In this document: piece after piece, positions 57,949-64,000 of the stretch
Layout: every line of letters begins with the position of its first letter
Position numbering within the stretch: the first letter of the stretch is position 1
Assembly (NCBI RefSeq): GCF_009914755.1
Contig: NC_060934.1
Length of the DNA stretch: 64,000 bases
From: the human T2T-CHM13v2.0 reference genome, Homo sapiens
Reading direction: 5' to 3' (one strand)
Notes under the pieces: generated by a model
What the model was told of the DNA's origin: nothing
What the model saw: the letters and a program-made list of their open reading frames with translations, nothing else
Databases searched by the model: none
Made by a program: the position numbers and the translations under genes

Positions 57949-58028
57949 ATAGGTCAGTGCAAAAGCCATTGCGGTTTTTGCAATTACCTTCAATGGCAAA
58001 AACCACAATGACTTTTGCACCAACCTAA
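57949..58028. mobile_element. MADE1 (Hsmar1-derived 80-bp MITE)
   Basis: taggtcagtgcaaaagccattgcggtttttgc...gcaaaaaccacaatgacttttgcaccaaccta palindrome, TA flanks. Confidence 0.92.
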
Positions 58029-59054
58029 TATGTGCATATATAATATAAACTCATATATGTGTGTATATATTATATATATATACTTCCATCCACATGTGTC
58101 CAAATACATAGATGTGCATATACATCTATGTATGTCATTGTACATGTGTAGTGGAGATATACATTTGAATCAGTTTCTTATTTACTTCATAATTAACTAA
58201 GTTTTAATCTCCTAGAGTGAGACTCTTTTGCCTTTATGAAGGTGAGATACGGAATGAAGCTACCTATCTATATTCTCATTAAATTATTAGTTTTCTCTGA
58301 AAATATAAAAAAATAGGGACTCTAAAGTATTTACTTTTCTTTTTTTGTTTGTTGAAAGACATATAAGTGGAAGAGGTTTATATGTTTTACCATAAAATGA
58401 AGATGAATACATTTTCAAATATGGCATTTTAACAAGAAGTGTTTTAAGCTCCATTGATCTTATATGATTCCCTTTATTTAGACTTTAACTTTTGAAAACA
58501 AAATCCTCACTAAGATGTTGGAGTAGTACTACTAATATGGGTAACATTTGGTTGTGTAAATATGAAGTATTGGTTGACATTTCAGTTAGCTATTATGTAA
58601 AAAACAACAGAAAATATTACTGGCACTCAGCAATAATTATTTATTTAGCTCATGTGTGTCTCTGGGTCACCCCCAGAACAGCAAATCTAGCTTTGGCCCA
58701 GCTGGCATGGCTCTGTTGGGATACCTTGACTTCACATGTCACTCAGCCTCTAGTTGGTCTAGCAGGCAGCATAGGTATGTTGTACCCATGATGATAGCAA
58801 CAGAGTAAGTGCAAGACCAGGTGCACAGTGTTGTATCTACTAATATACCAACATATCTTTAGCTTTGATCATTTCGGCAATTTGATTCAAAGCTTGCTTC
58901 TTCAGCGAATTATTTGTTATGTTCTATTGATTTTCATTTGTGTAATGTTTATTATTTTTCTTACCTTGAATATTTATTACTGTTCTATGGCCTTATGTAA
59001 GTTATTTTATATTTTGTTAATGTCTGATGCCATTTAAATTTTATGAAGTATTAA

Positions 59055-59398
<344 letters not shown>

Positions 59399-59649
59399 TA
59401 GTTTAGAAACTGATCATTTCCCATTTGATTAAAACAACTTTACCTTAGAATATGAAAGCTTAGTCAAGGGAGAACACACTCAATTCAACGTGAACAAACT
59501 TTAGCCCGGGATTTCATGAGGCATTACAAGAAAAATAAAATTATCGAATTTCTCAGTTGTTCATTTTAATGTTCATCAATCCCAGTGAAAGGAGCTATAT
59601 TCTTATGTCTAAGTTACATATCTCATGTCACAATAACTGAAATAGTAAT

Positions 59650-59870
59650 TAATAATTATTGAATAATATCCAACATTCCAAATGCTATGTTAAGCAATCT
59701 GTATGCAATGTCTTATTAATTTTATATAACAAGTCTACTCAGTAGATATTATTTTTATCTTTAGACATATAGAAAGGTTGCCGAAGTGACAAAGCTGATA
59801 GGTGACAGAATCAGGCTATAAATCAAGGCAGCAGACTCTTTTGAGAACTTGTGCTGTAAACAATATGCCT
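59650..59870 (-). mobile_element. MIR
   Basis: agtagatattattttt...ttgccgaagtgacaaagctgataggtgacagaatcagg...caaggcag. Confidence 0.6.
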
Positions 59871-61395
59871 AAATCTATTTTTATAATTTTAGGAAAAATT
59901 TTATTTTTATATAATTAATTGATTTTAATTCATGACTGAAGAAAATCTGAATGTTACAAAAGTATGTAGATTAAAAAGGGAAAATGTCTTTCATCCTACC
60001 CCAGTTATGATCTACATTAAGAAATAACTACTTTCAGTGTGATTTTATTTTACATTATTTTCTATATTTTCACCTACAAACAAGTGTTTGTATATATTCA
60101 TATAGAAGTGATTCGTTTTCAGTTTTTTATTCAAAATAAAAATGATTTAATAAACATCGTATACCTTCTCCTTCATAAATATATAATGTGTGTGTGTGTG
60201 TGTGTTGGGGTGGGGGATACATACATACAGGATACATATCCAGAAGTGAGAAGTGAATTTATTAGTTAATAGGATGCAGAGATGATTGCCTACTTAACAT
60301 TCATTCTCCTCTTTTTGCTTGCAGAATTCCAGTTGTTTTGGAAGTGGTAATGTAGCCATCTTAAAATAAATACATTTCTATTTCAGTATGTAAGTAGATT
60401 GGAAGTTTTAACTCCATCATCCCAACAAGAAGAAAAGCAAAATAAACTAAAAATCAACAAATCTTAATCCATCAAAGAACTGAGTTCACAGGGCAAGTTG
60501 CCACCCTGAAAACCAGAGAGAAATGTGAATACAAACAAACAGATTTCTGGAAACAGAATCCTCCACTGGAGTCTGGTAGAAATCCATAAAGGGTAACAAA
60601 CATGGAGTAGCTTTAGAAATTAAAGCTCCTGAGGGCCCAGCCTTTGTGGAACCTTCACACTGGCATGGGTTTCACCTCTGGGAGTCCTACCAGTTCTCAA
60701 AATGAAGATCAGGAAAAAATCATCTTGTGCTTCATGTAGGGTAAAGGGGAAATAAATTTTGAAAGAAGCCAAAAATAATCAACAAAATCCTGCCGCTAGT
60801 AAACTATGTCATCAGAGTCTAACCACTTGGGTTTTAACAGATCCTAACCAACCCAGGGGAAGAATAATTATCCAGCAGAAAAACCCTAAGGATACAGTTG
60901 AACAGCACAGTCGATCAACTGGATTTAATTGGCCTGGATAGAATATTGCCTCTAAAAACACCAAAATACATATTTTTTCTCATGCTCATATGGGATACTC
61001 ACCAAGATTGTCAACATTCTGTAACATAGAGCACACTTTAACTTTTTAAAGGAATAGAAATCGTAGAATGTAGAATTAAACCACATAGAATTAAACAAGA
61101 AATCAATAACAGAAAGATGGGAAATCTTAAGAAAATTTCGAGATTAAAAAACACATTTCTAAGTAACACATTGATCAAATAAAGTTTCAAAACAAACTGA
61201 TTCGAAAGTTTATACAAAAGGCAAAAGACTAGAAAAGCCAACACAATATTGAAGAAGATAGAAGTATGAGGACTGATACTATGTGACCTCAAGACATCAT
61301 ATAAAGCTTCATTAATCAAGACAGTGTGATGTGGATGAAAGACAAATAGATTTATGAAACAAAATAGAGACCAAAGAACTAGACTCGTACAAATA

Positions 61396-62626
61396 CAATT
61401 ATGCATTGCTTATTGACAAGGATACATATGTACTGAGAAATGCATCGTTAGGCAATTTTGCTGTTGTGCAAACATCCTAGTATATACCTACACAAACCTA
61501 GATGGTATGGCTGAATACACACTCAGACTATATGGTATCCTCTATTGTTCCTAAACTATAAATCTGTACATATTACTCTACTGAATACTGCAGATAACTG
61601 TAAAACGTGGTAAGTATTTGTGTATCTAAACACATAGAAAAGATACAAGAAAAATATGATACAAAAGGTAAAACATGATGCATCTTTATAGGGCACTTAC
61701 CATGAATGGAGCTTGCAGAACTAGAAGTTTGTATGGATGAGTCACTGTTGAGTGGTGAATGAATGTGAAGCCCTAGACATTACTGCACATTATTTTAGAT
61801 TTTGTAAACACTGTGCACTCAAGTTGCACTAAATTCATTAACACTTTTTCTATATTCAATAATAAATTAACTATAGCTTACCGTACCTTTTTACTTTATA
61901 AACTTTCATGTATTTTTTAATTTTTTGACTATTTTGACATAATGCAGTAAATGCAGAGATGATGTAAAACAGAAACATATTGTACAGCCATACAAAAATA
62001 TTTTCTCCATGTGTATTCTTATTCTATAGGCCTTCTTCCATTTTAAATTTAAAAATTTTTTTTTTACTTTTTAACTTTTTTTGTTAAAAACTAAACACAA
62101 ATACACACATTAACTTAGGCCTACACAGGGTGAAGACTGTCAATATCATTGGCTTTCGCCTTCAATCTTGTCCTACTGGAAGGACTTCAGGGGCAATAAT
62201 ATGTATGGAGCTGTAATGTCCTGTGATAACAATGCTTTCTTCTGGAATACTGCCTGAAGGCCATGTCTGAGGCCATTTTATAGTCAATATGTTTTTATGA
62301 GTAGAAGGGGCAAACTCTAAAATAACAATAAAATGTATAGTATAGTATATTAAATAATATACCATAGTAGGATAGAAGTTTATTTTTATTATCAAGTATT
62401 ATATACTGTATATAATTATATGTGCTATGCTTTTATATGCCTGGCAACACAGTAGGTTTGTTCATATAATTATCATCACAAACAGGTGAGTAATGCCTTT
62501 TGTTAAGACATTATAATGGTTACAACATCACCAACAATAGGAATTTTTCACTCCATTATAATCTTAGGGGGCCATCATTGTATATTCCATGTGTTATTCA
62601 CCAAAACGTTATGTAACACATGAATG
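61396..62626 (+). mobile_element. Tigger3b, full length
   Basis: matches recalled Tigger3b (gagaaatgcatcgttaggc...tagggcacttaccatgaatggagcttgcag); TA flanks; host L1 resumes after 62628. Confidence 0.85.
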
Positions 62627-62914
62627 TATAGAGTGATCTTTGATAAAAGAGCAAAGGTGATTCAATGGAAAAGGATAGTATTTTCAACAAATGGTGCTGG
62701 AACAACTGGACATCCAGATGCAATAATTTGCTGTATATTTTCAAAAAGGTAAAGAGAAGATTTTGAATGTTCCCAACATAAAGAAGTGATAAATGTTTAG
62801 GGTGATCGATATGTTAATTATCTTGATTAGATCATTGCACATCATATATATGTAACAAAATAGCATTCTGTATCCTATAAATATGTGCAGTATTATGCCA
62901 GCTAAAAATAATAA

Positions 62915-63120
62915 CTATATATTAATATATAGTTAATATATGTTAATATATAGTTAATATATATTAATATATAGTTAATATATGTTAATATATAGTTAAT
63001 ATATATTAATATATATTTATATATATTACTATATATAAATATATAGTAATATATATTAATATATAGTTAATATATATTAATATAATAAATATATATATTT
63101 ATATATTATATACATATAAT
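62915..63120. repeat. AT-rich minisatellite (10-11-bp units TATATAGTTAA / TATATATTAA)
   Basis: direct reading. Confidence 0.9.
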
Positions 63121-64000
63121 ACAATGATCTTACATTTTTCACAAAAAATTCAAGTCACAGACCTAATATAAAATGTAAACCTACAAACTTCCTTGAAGAT
63201 AGGAGTTCTAGATGACCCTGAGTTTGGCGATGACTTTTAGAAACAATACCATAAGTATAAGAAAAAAACAAATTAGACTTCTTTCCATTGAAAAACAATC
63301 TATTAAAGACATTCTTCAGAGAATGATATGACAAGCTGCAGACTTGAAAAACTAGTTGCAAAACACATACCTGTTAAAGTACTGATACCTAAAACTCATA
63401 ACTCCAAACCTTATTACCTCAGTCTAATTATGAGAAAAACATCAAAGAAATCCCAATATAGGGACATTACACAAAACATCTGTTCACTACCCTCAAAACT
63501 GTCAAGGTCATAAAATAAGAAGTCTGAGAAACTGTCAAAACAAAAAGAGTCTAAAAAGACCAGTTGATCAAATGTAATATTATATTCTGGATTGAATCTT
63601 ACAGAAAAAATGCATTAGGTTAAAACTTAAAAAGGTAATTAAGTTAATAAGTTAATAAAGTTATAAAATTAATAAAATTTTATTAATTACGTTAATAATA
63701 TGTAATACATTAATATTAAGAAAGTTAATAATAGTTAATAATAATTGTTCCTTATTGTCTCTTTAATTGTAACATATATATCATACTAATGTAAGATGTT
63801 AATAATTGAGGAAACTGGGTGTGGAGTATGTGAGAACTCTCTTGACTACCTTCATAACTTTTCTGTAAGACTAAAACTTTTTAAAATTTAAAAGTTTATT
63901 GAAAAATTCAACTATATAAAATATGCATAGGCATTTTGCTAAATATGTTGATTTTTATTTAAAAATTATTGATTGAATGATGCTATCACTTATAAAGTGT

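Larger units (their letters stand above)
60380..63900 (+). mobile_element. L1MC/MD fragments, interrupted by Tigger3b, an L1MA 3' piece and an AT-rich repeat
   Basis: sense L1 ORF2/3' motifs (ttcaacaaatggtgctggaacaactggacatcc; gaaactgggtgtggagtatgtgagaactct). Confidence 0.7.

Overview
AT-rich, repeat-dense human genomic DNA; an AluYb8 at 12810-13109 points to human. It is intergenic or deep-intronic, and I recognise no host protein-coding exon. Most listed ORFs are Alu, L1, STR or ERV read-throughs. The window holds about 17 Alus, old L1M/L1PA/L2/MIR fragments, MaLR/ERVL/ERV1 LTRs, DNA transposons (MER44A, MER20, Tigger3b, MADE1) and several STRs. The centrepiece is a pair of HERV-H elements. 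The first is a deleted provirus (29468-34037) with a perfect tRNA-His PBS and an intact splice donor. The second (34343-36470) lies ~300 bp downstream and has a permuted layout: its LTR is joined exactly at the terminal CA to mid-integrase, it ends at the PPT, it has no PBS or second LTR, and it is heavily G-to-A hypermutated. This fits a captured autointegration circle edited by APOBEC3 (inference). The window also shows several locally templated rearrangements: a 96-bp neighbouring MLT1 segment copied into an Alu, a 52-bp fold-back palindrome, and a ~620-bp L1/Tigger3b junction duplication. Repeat subfamily names come from recalled consensus sequences, not from a search.
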